NCBI GenBank assembly: GCA_010093995.1
Contig: ML992504.1
Location: forward strand, 1,392,885-1,456,884
Length of the DNA stretch: 64,000 nt
DNA from: Elsinoe ampelina
Lineage: Eukaryota
Direction: 5' to 3'
Under the pieces are notes generated by a model that did no database searches, was not told where the DNA came from, and saw only the letters and a list, made by a program, of their open reading frames with translations. Made by a program: the position numbers and the translations under genes. Shown here piece by piece: positions 11,401 through 23,017 of the stretch. Position 1 is the first letter of the stretch, and every line of letters begins with the position of its first letter.

Positions 11401-11617
11401 TTTGACTCTGGCTGACCTGGACTCTTGTCGTCCTCCTGAACACTTGGTGACTGATTCCTTCCTCGGGACCAGCATGACCCATGGCGATGAGCTCCTTGAT
11501 ATGGTCGACATCTTTTGCCAGAGTGGCGGGGTCGTGGAGGCCGGAATCTGTGGACAGCAATGAACTCGTACTCTGAGCCAACAGATCATGCCCGCTGCCT
11601 ACTGGCGAAGCACTCAT
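5447..11617 (-). CDS. Very large intronless coiled-coil protein (~2056 aa), function unknown
   Basis: Single ORF with first ATG at 11617 (MSASPVGSG). Near-continuous E/K/L/Q/H heptad-like composition and a disordered S/P/R-rich C-terminus. Confidence 0.85.
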   Translation of the reverse strand: MSASPVGSGHDLLAQSTSSLLSTDSGLHDPATLAKDVDHIKELIAMGHAGPEEGISHQVFRRTTRVQVSQSQILKELDRLKRRLRKANLAAPSVVRDPVDSDSESEVDVELTEHAKEVEMLKQDIDKIKREREEWLEDAERRIDEANDERTEALKNADRLQKHLDDLKAQNQEIKKSLADLQSNHASLQKQQSASLSSTQSLQQKLDASEKSHGELAKKHTSLEQTLQSSNNKVKDLESKHATASKQLTDLESLHSKLESELDSKVSELRTLQIQHKSKQEQINASAADVKKRDLDLSTSHETIATLKRQLDSSLEDAKRQSAAYESEHQRASEAETRLHELTRELEREKSSLKVELEKAQVELSIVRNASGKDKDSLKGQLAGLAARLADTNKHFNLTKDELEHLKKDAAKKEKDMQGLLDKAWDESEDLSKTVDRLRGRIEERDQEIAKLSAEVKDLSGARKGLESKVNQLGEDLEKAKTAAAEDVKAAELKQGQEFDRLRNDFEKEKEALNSAHERREKALQDLIAAAKHAAERDLSETKTTHAKELKDATETSDRKLSELAKAHQEQLSDIERKRGESEKNLREQIASTRSSLESELATAKTQASEAINRAKLDHERAMSDLKSSHEQDRSGLLLEKQKVERSMKEKVATVTANLMKQITEAQEKAKSDVQQAQKNAEVRQKELTTTHELETKKLTSERSDLEQQHEKHVQDLLTKAESDLKVVRDYTEKQIQDLNAKHGSERSTLESQIEDLTNKHGSERSDLEKQIADLRNSADADITKVRNDADKHLADFKSKHDREKSQLESRLKDAQFKAVEDLEHAHKESQKRLAELNEKHQGQKSALEAEVKNVQARAEADFKKTQEAHGKQIAELRRVFEEEKATFEKHFAEMQAKSEEDIRGAHEQAEQTVANLKKSHQEEQTALQRKHQEKEQSLTAQINAAMTEHEKQLAALRSEHDSRMSDLQSQHGKQLEDLKTSHEGALSAKSREHEDAYSLLQGRLNTTLKEHKSTLSARSEEHSRAIDEVRSLAQKDKMATLQETKKNHADELEKLRKRAAAEVEQIKAFHAKHLQDVHASHAKELGITRSEIESANHQLITTRSGHEARLEELEERHDKEIGALKATIQEREEEARNREDQHGTDLKSLKDEHQRALTALQDKLNVAENEHSRIKESHESELKGLTAKHKDELEEAERSYNERLQKARETSDTSSAQLLQQHQKDLARLREKHQIDLTAAKNSHQADLEKLKGEASTIRKSLIESHAEKLQTAIRQAKEEHFGEVQRLRKINEEKINDLTASHQQELQKTRDSLTHELEETRKSHTEALEQECNAQVQAMQALESKLYAQMEEKEKSHSRKVSEVETHFTQSAKEADNAHRAELENLRSKLAKEQSVVQEKLSSTLADHQKLADDSERLVREINSMREQRKQDEESHERKQAELKAQLDEARRRAAEETERVNILRSAEQELRESMSQVARERDGTVAELKRAVARALEGESKAIEEKSRLVGELEGLQKGRTEGDDAVARLAEVERRVASAEEERAKEAEKVLRLVSERDELAKHVENMSAKLTETTVELDRTKHEDTHELQHTIRKLRRALKESRAQAASFQGSALPSPDTNRTVRAINGRPVTPDGKTVNTSRDLDTSDRPISARSFEEYLQHAQSELSELGKVISQNEAAFAAKIAQHVGDLQMAKDTLSKEYKQKFDDLVSERKILEEAAEGQEAERLRKEKEELKAQYGDLPTPPDTAERKPARPHALHDLKTKKEELRRAESRLEAQHHHALAKRKSQIALNHAAEFATLNASYDEAISRLLGDKDALSGDLGIAPDSFEQRMHKIEEESERLETEKAASVGQSSPADLRGSFDMRSVDSPAGRAPTQRRVSKVSARSSSPLAEAGRPRRDTGSAYVPPRAERTPQSPRDQPWALLPEEEVQVPPRSPLRERDSPLYSRGSPEADQSRRGDGEQVGLSGRGAKRTGQRGFDLDSRSEQVEQDVAGGRRSLDNRSVDEPAKSDWGERRTGLEGLQSKVRTAEPMVPRHLRHASGNVGKR

Positions 11618-12435
11618 GGCTGTGATGATGGCGAGATTCCTAGTCAAAGGGTCCCGGCATAGATCAAGCAGAGGTCGTTCTGGGGCGAGACATTTCTCTC
11701 TTTAACGGTGAAACTCGATGTTGGTGGAGAGCTCGAAAAAAGAGAGCTATCATGCAATGTTGGTGAGATGAGAGAAGGGCAAACAGAGGTGATGAACAGA
11801 GCGACAGGGTATGGAACAGAAATCTCTCCAAACTCTTCCATGTCCATCCGAGCCCTCGATATCAAACAGTCGAATCTTCAATCTACCCCTCCGTTCAGCC
11901 GCATGGACACAGATCTCGAAAAAATGGCGGCGGCCCAAGCTCTCGCCGCGTCTTTGCAGCGAAATGACATGGTTCCCGATCTGCCCCACTCTGTTTTCGC
12001 AGATCGATCTATGACGCCTGGCGAGCTGATTTGCGTTTTTGATGATTCCTGCTCCCGATCGCTTGCTCGCATTTCACATGTCAATTTGGCCTGTGATGCG
12101 GCTTAGCAGGCCCAATCGTGCCAATGTCGGCGCCTACTGGCGCACACCGTGGTGGCTTGGCTGGCATTGACCAGAGGGCAGACCGGCGAGCCCTCTGCTG
12201 CCCTTGACATGTGCCTCGCCGGTCCACGTCAGTGTCCGTCATTCAAAAAACAACAGAGACCCTGGACGTTGGTGATGGAGCTTTTGGCAAACACGGTACA
12301 GTAGGCTCCAGCTGTCATAGCGAAGACGGAAGGAAGCAGCGTGACCACCACATCTAGACCACTTATAGATTGACAATGCTGCTCGTAAGCAACTTTGTCA
12401 ATCCTTTTGCTCGACCTACCTTTTTCAATTCCTTC

Positions 12436-13694
12436 ATGGCCACAAATAATCCCAACCAGCGATCAGCGCTGAAGGACTTTCTAGGCGTAAGTTACAATCA
12501 TGCACAATTTGTAGGAATTGCAGTACTGACAGCTGCTAGTCGATAGCTACGATCAAAGGCGATCTCTCCAACATTACAGCCCCTCCATTCGTCCTCTCAA
12601 CACAGTCCACGACCGAGCTTCCTTCGTACTGGGCCGAGTACCCAAGCATCTTTGTAGCACCAGCATTATGCGATGACCCGAAAGAGCGGGCACTGCTCGT
12701 CCTGAGATGGTTCCTCTCCTGTCTGCGACGGCAACAGTACGGCGGTCGACCCGAGTCTGAAGGTGTCAAGAAGCCGCTAAATGCCTTCCTCGGCGAGCTC
12801 TTTGTAGCAACTTTTCCCTCACCCTCAGCAGAAGGCGATACCGTCCAAGTCGGAGAAACGAGATTGATCGCAGAGCAAGTCTCGCATCATCCGCCAATCA
12901 CAGCTTGCTGCCTGTGGAACGAAACGCATGGCGTCCGAGCAGAAGGCTATGCCTGCCAGAAAATCACCTTCAATGGCTCCGTCAACATCAAGCAAATGGG
13001 TCACGCCATCATCACCCTCGAGAAATGGAACGAGACCTATCTTATCCCTCTCCCAGCCGTCAAGGTCTCCGGTATCCTCTCCGGCGTCCCTTACCCAGAA
13101 CTCGGCGGCCACTACCAAATCATCTCCTCTTCAGGCTACGTAGCAGAGATCGATTTCTCGGGCAAGCGCGTCCTCGGCTTTGGCGGAGAGAAGCACCACG
13201 TCCACGCCGCCATCTTCGAGACCAGCGACGAGAACAAAAAGACACCACTTTACGAGATCGAAGGCGCTTGGAATGGGGCAATGGTCGTCAAGGATGCCGA
13301 AGGAAAAGAGACGGATACATGGAACGTTCAAGATCTCACACCCGTACCGCCTCAGGTTCCAAGTGACGAGGAGCAATCGCCTTACGAGTCTCGCCGCGCC
13401 TGGGCTGGTGTAATCGCCTCTCTTAACAAGGGCGACATGCAGGGTGTAGTAGATGCGAAGAGCAAGGTGGAAGAGGCACAAAGGAGTCAGCGAAACAAGC
13501 GAGCCGAGCAGGAGAAGGAGTGGAACACGCTTTTCTTCAAGAAGGTAAAGAAAGACGAGGAGTTTGCAAAGCTATCCAAGAGCATCAGGCAGGAGCAGGT
13601 GCAAGACAGCGAGTCGCATGGCTTCTGGAAATTCGACAGAGGAACTGAAGGTACGAGCAGACCCTTCAGGGAGGGAAAGCCGTGGGATCCTTGA
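12436..13694 (+). CDS. KES1: Oxysterol-binding protein, Osh4/Kes1 type
   Basis: Exon 1 is 12436-12486, intron 12487-12539. Motifs GDLSNITAPPF, KKPLNAFLGE and the OSBP signature EQVSHHPP. Confidence 0.92.
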
Positions 13695-14016
13695 GCTGGA
13701 TCAGGTCGGTACAGCTTAGCATTGAGCTTGATAGACTGGTAAAGACCATGTTTCACGATCATGGTGCGGTGGGTTCGCTGGCGTCTGGCTGGGAAGGAGA
13801 TATGGACGACCTGCGGCGATCAGGTTGAAAGTGCATCTGAGTACGCATCACGATTCGACGAGAGGGCCACGAATGAATGAAATGATTAATGCCAATCACG
13901 TATCATCCTGCGAAGAATCTCAGGGCGTAGAAAGTCTAAGTATTCATGGTATCATGCTCGCTAATATTAGACGCCTGATATAACCCGCCACCCATAGCCT
14001 TTTCCTGCCTACTCAC

Positions 14017-14934
14017 TCAAGTCCTCCTCACCCCATGCTCCTCATCACTGCTGCTCTCTAATACCTTCTCCACCGGGACTTGCTCTACCACCTTCTCCTG
14101 CCCAGCGAATGCCGGCCCAGGATGCGCAACCAACAAAGCCGCCGCAGCCAGCACAATCATCACCCCCTCCAAGGCAATGAACAACCCCTCGTTGGTGATC
14201 AAATCACTCCTATACCCCAACCTCAACTCCTCAATCCTGTACGCACACCTGATGAAGATCAAAACAATCGCCGCCGCCAGAAAACCAGCGAAGATCTTGA
14301 ACGCCTTGCTCAGACCCTTCACGCCATGCGTCCTCTTGAAGCGGACCGCATAATCCCCACACGCCACCGAGAAGACAAACAGTGTAACAACCTGAAAGCT
14401 CAACCCAGCAACACTGATATCCACACCCACACTATTACTCCCCGAACTCGTACTGCTCAGTGCGCCCCCAGCAGCCTGCAACACCAGACTAACCAGATCC
14501 GCAGGAATGAAAATCGCATACCACCACCTGGGCGCGAACCGACTCAACCCAACATCAAGAAGCCTCACCACCCTGCTCAACAAGACATAAATCGCGGCAC
14601 AGTAAAACACGGGCGCGAACGTGATGAGACAAATCTGCATCATGAACCCCGTGAAGCTGAACGGGTTCCGCCAGAGGAGCAAGCGGCCTACGTAACCCAG
14701 GACTTCGGAGATGCAGCCCAGGATCATGAAGAGGGTGAAGGACCGTTCTTTGCGCCAGCGGAGGCCGCGGATGAGGTGCGCGAGGCCGAGGAGGGAGAAG
14801 ATGACGAGGAAGATGATGTTGGCTGGGAGGGACGGGCGGTATTGGTACACTGAGGCTTCGATGGGGCACACGGAGAGGGTGCAGTTGGCGAGGGGGCCGT
14901 AGGAGATGTAGCCGTTTAGGCGGGGGTCGGACAT
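14017..14934 (-). CDS. RTA1/Rsb1-family multi-pass membrane protein
   Basis: ATG at 14934 (MSDPRLNGY). Motifs YQYRPSLPANIIF, EVLGYVGR, APVFYCAAIYVLL, DLVSLVLQAAGG, IRCAYRIEEL. Confidence 0.9.
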   Translation of the reverse strand: MSDPRLNGYISYGPLANCTLSVCPIEASVYQYRPSLPANIIFLVIFSLLGLAHLIRGLRWRKERSFTLFMILGCISEVLGYVGRLLLWRNPFSFTGFMMQICLITFAPVFYCAAIYVLLSRVVRLLDVGLSRFAPRWWYAIFIPADLVSLVLQAAGGALSSTSSGSNSVGVDISVAGLSFQVVTLFVFSVACGDYAVRFKRTHGVKGLSKAFKIFAGFLAAAIVLIFIRCAYRIEELRLGYRSDLITNEGLFIALEGVMIVLAAAALLVAHPGPAFAGQEKVVEQVPVEKVLESSSDEEHGVRRT

Positions 14935-16455
14935 GGTGGGGTGGTTGTGGTAGGTCAAGTCGAGGGGTGGAAGGTGAGGTGAGGTCGGGAAGAGGTGAGT
15001 TGAGAAGTGCGAGGTGTGTTGAGCCGCGATATGCAGGTCGGGAGTATAGCACCTAGTGTAAAGTAGTAGGGTGAAGGATATCCCACACTCAGGATCCTTG
15101 ACTTGAGGCCGTGTAAACGCAAAGAGGAAGTCTAGTTGCAGGTGTGATGTTGTAGAAGAATCCCTCCCCAATGACAAGGAAACCCCAACCTACATATACC
15201 TCCCTGCCCCCCTCCCCCTACCCTCCCTCTACGTCCGTTAAACCACCTCAATCACGCTGCCTGCCACGCACCAAGCACACCGCAGGATCCCCAAAGATTT
15301 ACGGCCGAGTCACGCCTACCCGCCTTGAGATCTACGATACTGCACCAGATAGCGGGCCTGACAAGTCTTGACCGCCGCAGTCGTTGCGCACCTGCAGCAA
15401 CAAGCAACAACCCTTCCTTCCTTCCAACCAGCCAGCAAAACTCCACGGCAACGCTGCCCTCCCGGGGCCCGAGACTCATGAATCTCTACACCCATTCACA
15501 ATAGGGAGATCGTCCACCAGCGTCCGAAATGACAGCATCCCCCTCCCCCCTCAATCCCCTTCTTACGCAAAACCAGCACCGACACCTCGGGCCTTGACCA
15601 CTGCATCGGGCCTAGTCTGAAGATCTGCTTGTCTCTCGCGCGGCAAGTCCAATCTGCATGCATGGAACGGACATCTCGACGACGAGCGATGACGATACGT
15701 TCGGGGCCGGCACGCTATACCCTTTCCGGGGTGCATTGTGCGAGCCCCGGGAATGTGAAAGGGCGCCTGGGGTTCCCTGCGGCTAAAAACTCGACAAGGC
15801 GTGCCAGGCCCCTGGTATACCCAGATCCCGTGTGAAAGTCAACTTACACCGAACGGACGTAACTCCCCGTGGTTGACGTTGGGTACCTTATGGCGTGGTG
15901 TGCCTTGGGTGTAGGTCATGATGCTGTATGTGGCGCTACGGCCGAGAGGAAACACGAACACCTTGGTCACGGATGAACGTACACGACTACGACTGGCCCA
16001 GGTGAGAATACCATTCCATGTTTTGCGCGGTCCCATTGTAGAGGTAAAAAGCATTTGGTTCGCACTAAAAAGTCAATTGCACGTTTCTCATCCCATCCAC
16101 CATATCAGCTGCCCCCCCGGCGTCCGTCGAGAAATCATACACTTGGGGCATAGTCCACCGTCATGCTGCGATCGGTCCCCCCAAAAAGACCACCGCCCCC
16201 CATCCTGGCCGCTCACGGTGCAGAGCAATGAGAGATGTAGCGGGAGAGTCAATCTCCTGCCAAAGCGACCGTCGGTCCGTTGGAGATATTACGATGTGTG
16301 TGTGGAGTGCTGAAAAGAGAGAAGCGTCGCGCAGGCTATCGTTGTTGTTGACGACCGAAACGACACCCATGCTGTATTTCAAGCATGTCCGAGGACACGG
16401 CGAGAGCCGCTGGATATCGAGACGGCGCGGCCTTTGGTTGTGGCAGTCGATGCTA

Positions 16456-17532
16456 TTATCTGCGTCCGAAACGACTAATGTAATGTTAGGTCTGATCAAT
16501 GATTGTCCTTTGCAATGGACTCACTTCTGCTTCTTCTCTGCAGGTTTGAGAATCTGGAACGAACACAGCAGACTCTCATCCACGCTCATCATGGCACCGG
16601 CGTTGTCAAACTCTCCGCAGTAGTTCGGTGCGGAGAACAGTGTGACCAACTGTCGCTTGGAGAAGAACTCGTATCCGTCCTCGACGACTTGATGCGCACG
16701 GCATATCAAGTCCATATCGTGCTTTTGCAAGAACCGAGACACGACATCAGGCCCGAACGTGAACGACACACCTCGATCGTTTTCTGACCAACCGGTGATA
16801 TCCTTGTCTGGGTCAGACCATAGAAGATCACAGAGAAGACCACAATCTGGGATCTAAAGAAAGGTCAGCGAGAAGCATGGTATCCAAGTATGCGCAACGT
16901 ACATCCGTCGGTCTCATGACTCTCCTGATCTGCTCCATCGAGTTGAGATCCGGACTCAGTCCACCGTGCATGGTGAAAATCTTCTCGTCGATGATGGCGG
17001 CAATGGGCAAGCAGTTGAAGCAGTCCGTAAATGTCTTCCACAGCTTGATATTGTATCTTCTCTTGCACTCGTCGTAGAAGCCGTAGATGCGGTTGATGCT
17101 AGCACATTCGTGATTTCCGCGAAGGACGAAAAAGTTCTCCGGGTACTTGATCTTGTACGCGAGGAGCAGGCAGATGGTCTCAAGAGATTGCTTGCCGCGA
17201 TCGACGTAGTCACCGAGGAAGAGGTAATTGGCCTCCGGCGGGAATCCACCATACTCGAAGAGACGGAGCAGATCGTAGTATTGTCCGTGAATGTCACCGC
17301 AAATCTGATCTTGTCAGCTTGAATGTCCCATCTCGTGTAAGTCCCCGTATCTTACCTTTATCGGCGCTTCCAGCTCTAGAAGAATGGGTTGTGAAATGAA
17401 AATCTCACGAGCTTTGGTGCAAAGGTAACGAATCTCCGTCTCGAGCAATTGAACCTGCTTGCCAGGTCTGCTCCCTCGAACTTCAAGAAGTCTATCAATG
17501 ATGGAATCCAAATCCACCTCCTGTTCCGCCAT
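16456..17532 (-). CDS. GLC7: Ser/Thr protein phosphatase PP1 catalytic subunit (Glc7/BimG)
   Basis: Starts [29 protein letters not shown]. Motifs GDIHGQ, GDYVDRG, RGNHE, SAPNYC. Introns 17355-17305, 16902-16854 and 16524-16475; last exon gives KQNRFGRR*. Confidence 0.97.
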
Positions 17533-18810
17533 CTCTTGCGGATATGCTCGACTCACGAGCTATCAACGGCCGTGAAAACTTGCGGGTCGTGCCTAAATTC
17601 TTGGCGCCGATATGAATGATCCAGCAGTGGACAATGCCTGTTGTAGGATGTCAGTCGTGTTGCTTCCATCTCTGCGAGTGGTATAGTGGTGTAATTTGTC
17701 AAAAGCCCTAAAGAAGGCTCCAACAAAAATTTAGGAGGGGCCGTTCGTACCTCGACTAGCCAACACCGACGAGCACAAAGGCTCAAATATTATCTCCTCG
17801 CACACGAACTCGCAGAAAAATCCCTGTTGTGACCCGATTGCAGACTCTTTCTTGCTCTTTTGATGCTCAAACAATAGCTGTTGAGACCCCACTGACGCCG
17901 GACGGTAGCGGCTGGGTGCTTACGTGTTCGTGGATCGGGGTTACTACACGGGCCGTGCGACCAGTGAAGATGTTCTGATATCGTCGTCGAAACTGTCGTT
18001 GATGTTTCTATCGGCAAGCGATGTCGCTCTGGTCACGGGATCTAGCTGATATGTTTAGGCCTGACGAGGGGGACAAGCGGTGTGACTGTCAATGTCGCCG
18101 TTCAAGTCGCGATAGATGATCAGTGTCAGATTGCAAGTCTGATGGACGTCTCGAGTAGTGTTTGTGAGTGCGTTCTAAGAATTAGTGAGTGGGTGCTCGA
18201 ATGAACATGTTCGAGCCTTGTGATGTTTCGTGTGAGAGCCTGGGGGACGAGCCGTGTCCAAAAGTGCATTGGGCGTCGTCGGCAAGCGCAATAGGCAGGG
18301 CGTGAAGTAAAGCAACGCGCGATATGGGTAGACTGACCGTATGATGGGTTTATGAACCTCTGCTTGTGGGCTGATTTGGTTGCACAATAAGAAGTATCCT
18401 GCGCGTCTCGAAGGAGAAAGGGTTTCTGCTGTGGAGTCGGCGGCTTGGCAACAACGGTCTTCCCGCCGCGTTTTTAGAGGCCGAGCTGATTTTCGACCAC
18501 CGAGCCAACGTTTGTCATCATCCAACACGCTCCTGGCAAAAGGATCATCGCGGAAAGCTGTACTAAAGTATATTGGATATGGGATATCATCTCTGCATAC
18601 CATGCAGGTTTCGAACGCCTCGCTATGCTTCAACTTTGCCTCCCTTCCTCTTCAACAACCAAATCTCCATGGAGACTTTTACACCAAAATGACCTCACCT
18701 CGATCTCCTTCATGTCATATACGCAGCCGTGCCATCATACGCTCATGCAGTCGCTATGCTCCACAACGGGAATGCGCAAAGAATGCTTCTACCAAGACGG
18801 GGACGCGTGC

Positions 18811-21260
18811 TCACCCCAGAGTGCGAGTGCTGACACTCACGCCAGTACCAGAAGGCATGCCTGATCGACCGCTGTGTACCGAACTGTAATCTGAGCCATG
18901 ACTTCGATGGCTGGGCCGTCGCTGATCCCATTTGTCCTCGTTCAACGCAGTCAGCCAACCGCTTCCAAGGTCGTTCTTGAGCGCTTCAATCTTCTGGCGA
19001 TAGACATCGCTTGCCATGTTCATCTCGTCTGAGGCCTGAACAGGAGAGTCAGAGTCGTCGACCAGGTCGGGAGTCGTATGAGATGATGAAGAAGGAAGCG
19101 TTGATGTCTCAATAGGCGGCAGAAGAGGCGCAGTATGCTTGCCCTGAGATGTTGAACCACCAACTCGAGCATCGGGAACAGCCTTTGTAGGGGAGTGCGC
19201 CTCTGCGTGAGGCGTATCCACTCTTCTGGTCTCTGGAGAGGACGGATTGCTCTGCGACAATTCTACGATCCTTCTTCGTGGTGCCTTGCGACGTTGTGCT
19301 GTATCATAACCACCGGCCTCTCTCGGCGTGTCCTTTGCAGGTACTGGCGGCGGCTTCTGAGGTAAAGCAGGTGGCGGCATAGAAATGTCGTCTGGCTTGC
19401 GCACGACTGGCATGTTTTGCTCTTCGGTTATGCGATCAATGAGATATTTTTTCTCTCCATAGGTTGGTCCCGTAGAATCAATGCAGATGTCCTCTGTATA
19501 GCCGACAGAGGATCGAAAGAGGTTGAAAATGGTAGTACGATAATTCGAATGTGTACGAACGAAAGGATTGCGGTGGACGTAGACGTGCTGCATATCGGGA
19601 ATGCGAGTCAGTCTAGCCAGCTCGGTGGGATCAGTAAGTCTATTGTCGCGGAGATCAATCTTCTCCAATGAGAACAATCTCTCAATGCCTGCAAGAGAAG
19701 ACAGCCTGTTGGAGTGGAGATTGATGACCGTGATGGCGGGAAGGGGGTTCCGGGCCAATGAGTGGAGACTGCTGATCATGCAGTTGGACAAGTTGAGAGC
19801 GCGGAGGTTGGTGAGACTTGCAAGACTATCGGGTATCTCGGTAAACCAATTGCTGGACAAATCGAGGGAATGCAAGGTACTTGCTAAAGGAGCAAGACCA
19901 GCGGCAAGAATGAAAGTCATGCCATTGTCGGCAAGACTGAGATGTTTGAGGAATCGCCACTTGCTAGGCTGAAGAGTGCCGAGCGAGAGCAGATTGGACG
20001 AGCTGTTACGAGGAGTAGAGTGAACGCTGGAGCTGTCACTGCCTGACGATCTCCTGTACTTTGGTGTCGCGCTTCTAGGATAGATGTGGGAGGTTTGCCT
20101 TGAGCTAGGCGGGCGCGCTGGAGACTGGCTGCGCTGCCTGTGATGTCTCGTGGGTTTCTTGCCTTCCGCAGAGCCCTTCCTAGCCATAGCCGCGGATGGA
20201 GGGCTGCCGAGAGACGCCCTTCTCGCTTCATTGAGCGGGGAGGTCGGCGCAGAGAATTGATCGAGTTGCTTTGCGCTTGGGCTGGGCGCAGGCCATGGTG
20301 TCGCCGGCGAAGATGGAACTGGGTGTTTCGAAGATCTTCTCCTGCGCTTGTCCATATCGTCCAGCACAATGTGTACGAGTAGATCTGTCACATCGTCGAC
20401 ATTGCCTCTCTTGATCGTCAAGCTGCGCAATTGCTCAGCCAGGCGATCCCATCCGTACATCTGTCGAAAGTCCAAATCGCAGATCTCCAATGCGCTCAAA
20501 TTCTTGAATGCAAAGAGCGGTACCGCAGTGTCAAAGGGAAACTCCTCGTATCCAGCGATGAGCCTGGATCTATGATCGGGAGCCAGTCGCAGACATGGGA
20601 TCTTTGTAAAGGCAGAGTACAAGTACTTGAGATCGTCCTGCTCTGCAGCCTTTTGCTTCTCGATCTTGCTATCCTCCTTTGAGGTCAGCCCGAGCTTCGT
20701 CCACATAGATGACATGGTCGACAAGGCGCTTCGGACACTGGAGACAGAGTGGATCGAGTCGGCGTCTGATCTGCCTCGCGACTTGGGCGCTGATCCCAAG
20801 AAGGAGACATAGTTACCAGGTTGGACATCACTGTTGATATTCTCCAGACGAACATTCATGGGCCCGACAGATATCCCTAGCTCTTCAAATCGTGATAGCA
20901 GGTAGAACAGATGGTGCGGCGTAAGAGTCAACTTGACAGGTTTGACACTCTGGGATCCGAAAGTCAAATATGGCAGAGAGAGGGCAGCTGCTATGGCGTT
21001 TGTTCCAGTAGCCGGTGGTTGTTGACCAGACACGCCCGTCGCGGCCGTGGTCGATGATGTAGATGCATTCTTGGTGTGTTTCCTCTGCAATTGAAGCGCG
21101 TTTGCGAGAGCCTTTTCGTGTGTCCGAACAAAGTATGCGAGATGCTACACGTGGGAGAAAGGTTAGCGTGACTGATAAGAAGAGCGCAAGCTCGTGACAG
21201 CGCATGCAGAGCAAACAGGGTGCGAACCTTTATGAAGACTTTTCCATCCTCAGTGTCCAT
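18811..21260 (-). CDS. Leucine-rich repeat protein (conserved fungal, nischarin-like LRR)
   Basis: MDTEDGKVFIK, intron 21227-21145, then HLAYFVRTHEKALANALQ. LRRs such as LHSLDLSSNWFTEIP, LRALNLSNCMISSL, LEKIDLRDNRL. Confidence 0.85.
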
Positions 21261-23017
21261 GGTCTAGTGTAATGCGCTGTCGAAGTTATGCGCAAATATG
21301 CAAGAGGCAACCCATGAGCGACAAAAAAGCAAGATAGGCGGTGACTGGGAAGGATTGAGGATTGAAGTGACACGTCTGTCCGATCAGGAACAGACAGTCA
21401 CTGGTGGGATGGAGCGAGAGCTGAAGGAGCAAGACCCGAGAGAGAGGTTCGGCGGAAAACAGATTTTGTTGATACTGTTTGGTGGTGGCTGCTTTGACGT
21501 GCAGATACAGTAGCTCGTGAAGCCCACCGCTATTCTTCTGGCCGTCGATCAGATGCAGTCAGACCCTGTCGTTTCCTTTTCAGGCAATGCCGCAAATAGA
21601 AGGGGCTCCGCGGTTGTCGACTGCTGATGTCCACCGCTGTTCGAATATCCAAATATTCAATCGTCCAGAAGTCCAAAGGTCCACTTGGTGGAGCGCAGAA
21701 CTGGTCAAAAGATCAACACGGCGACAAGGCCCATGTTTGTATGGTGGGGACTAGCAAGCGCATTGCGAAATTTGCTGGTCGAGCCGGTCCAATCACATGG
21801 ATACCCAGCGCTAGGGCAATGCAGCTCACCCGCACCGTCGTCTCTTGGTCCAAACGTGCATGCAGATGCGCCGCTAGTCGGGCAGATCATGGATCAAATG
21901 TTGCGTGTGCTCTGGACTCTTTGGAGCTGCTCAGGGAAAGCTTGTGGTTCTTTTGACTCGCTGTATCAAACGACTCGAGCGTGGGGGCATTTTTTGTTCC
22001 CTCGTCAATCGCGCAGATCGAATTGATGAAGCAGATCTGTCAAACCGGCCAATTGTCGCCAACTATCACCTGAAGCGACGTGTTCACCCATGTCCGGCAT
22101 TTGCTACCACATGCCTTTTGACAGATGCATCTGCCTCCTCACGGTGACCATTCCGAGGCAGATGGTTGCGCACGTTATCATGCTCCGATCAGCTGTGTAT
22201 CCATGGTTCCGCCGACATCCACAACAACGGCCGGAAACGTACCAAGGGTCGTCTGTCACTCCGACCGTTGACGCCTTCAGTTGGTCTGGCAAATTCAAAA
22301 AGCGCCACTTGCGACGGCCAAAGACAAGTCCTAGCACCTCATGTTTGACGTGTCGCACCAGCCGTCACAACTGCGGAGAAGCTCCGAGGGCATGACTTTG
22401 ACCCGGAGAAGTATCGAAAATGGATCCAAGGGACTTTCACTGTGCTTCAGAAAATTGATATGGGTCTGGTAGGCTAGAGATGCACGTCGAGTCGTTCAAG
22501 CGGTCACGCTTCTGCGCGCTGCATGACCCGCTTGAGCTACTCCATCCAATCCACGTCTCGCCCGACCTGACTATCTATAGCCATGTGCTGGCGCTCCAAA
22601 TGACATGCCGATGCAAGATGATGTGTGCCCACGCTTCCTTGTGCGACTATCAAACACTTTCCCCACACCCCCGTCCGCATCTTCGGTCATGACCTCCCCC
22701 AGCTTTGGTCGTTGAACCGTGGACAGATAGCAGACGACTCATGGCTGAAGGAGGGGTTGGAGGTCTGATAACTTTGATATTCCCTTGGTCGGCTATTGCT
22801 TTGATCTCCACGGCTCCATCCGACAACGGTCTGGCTCGAGCCAGGAGGCGGCTCCCTCCCGGAAGACCATGGACCCTCAGACAAGCCACCACCAACTTGC
22901 ACTGAGGCTGCACCACTTTGCTCCTTCTGCAGGCGGGAAAACTGCATGCATGCTCCTTGACCGTACATTCCTTCCAACGCCTCGCTTAAAAACCCGGACA
23001 AAAGTAAACAATTTGCC

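Noticed and set aside
21300..22980. 1.7-kb gap with scattered short ORFs, inspected for further split tRNA or snRNA pieces
   Set aside because: I found no T-arm/B-box with a matching acceptor stem, no snRNA motif and no convincing coding frame by eye.
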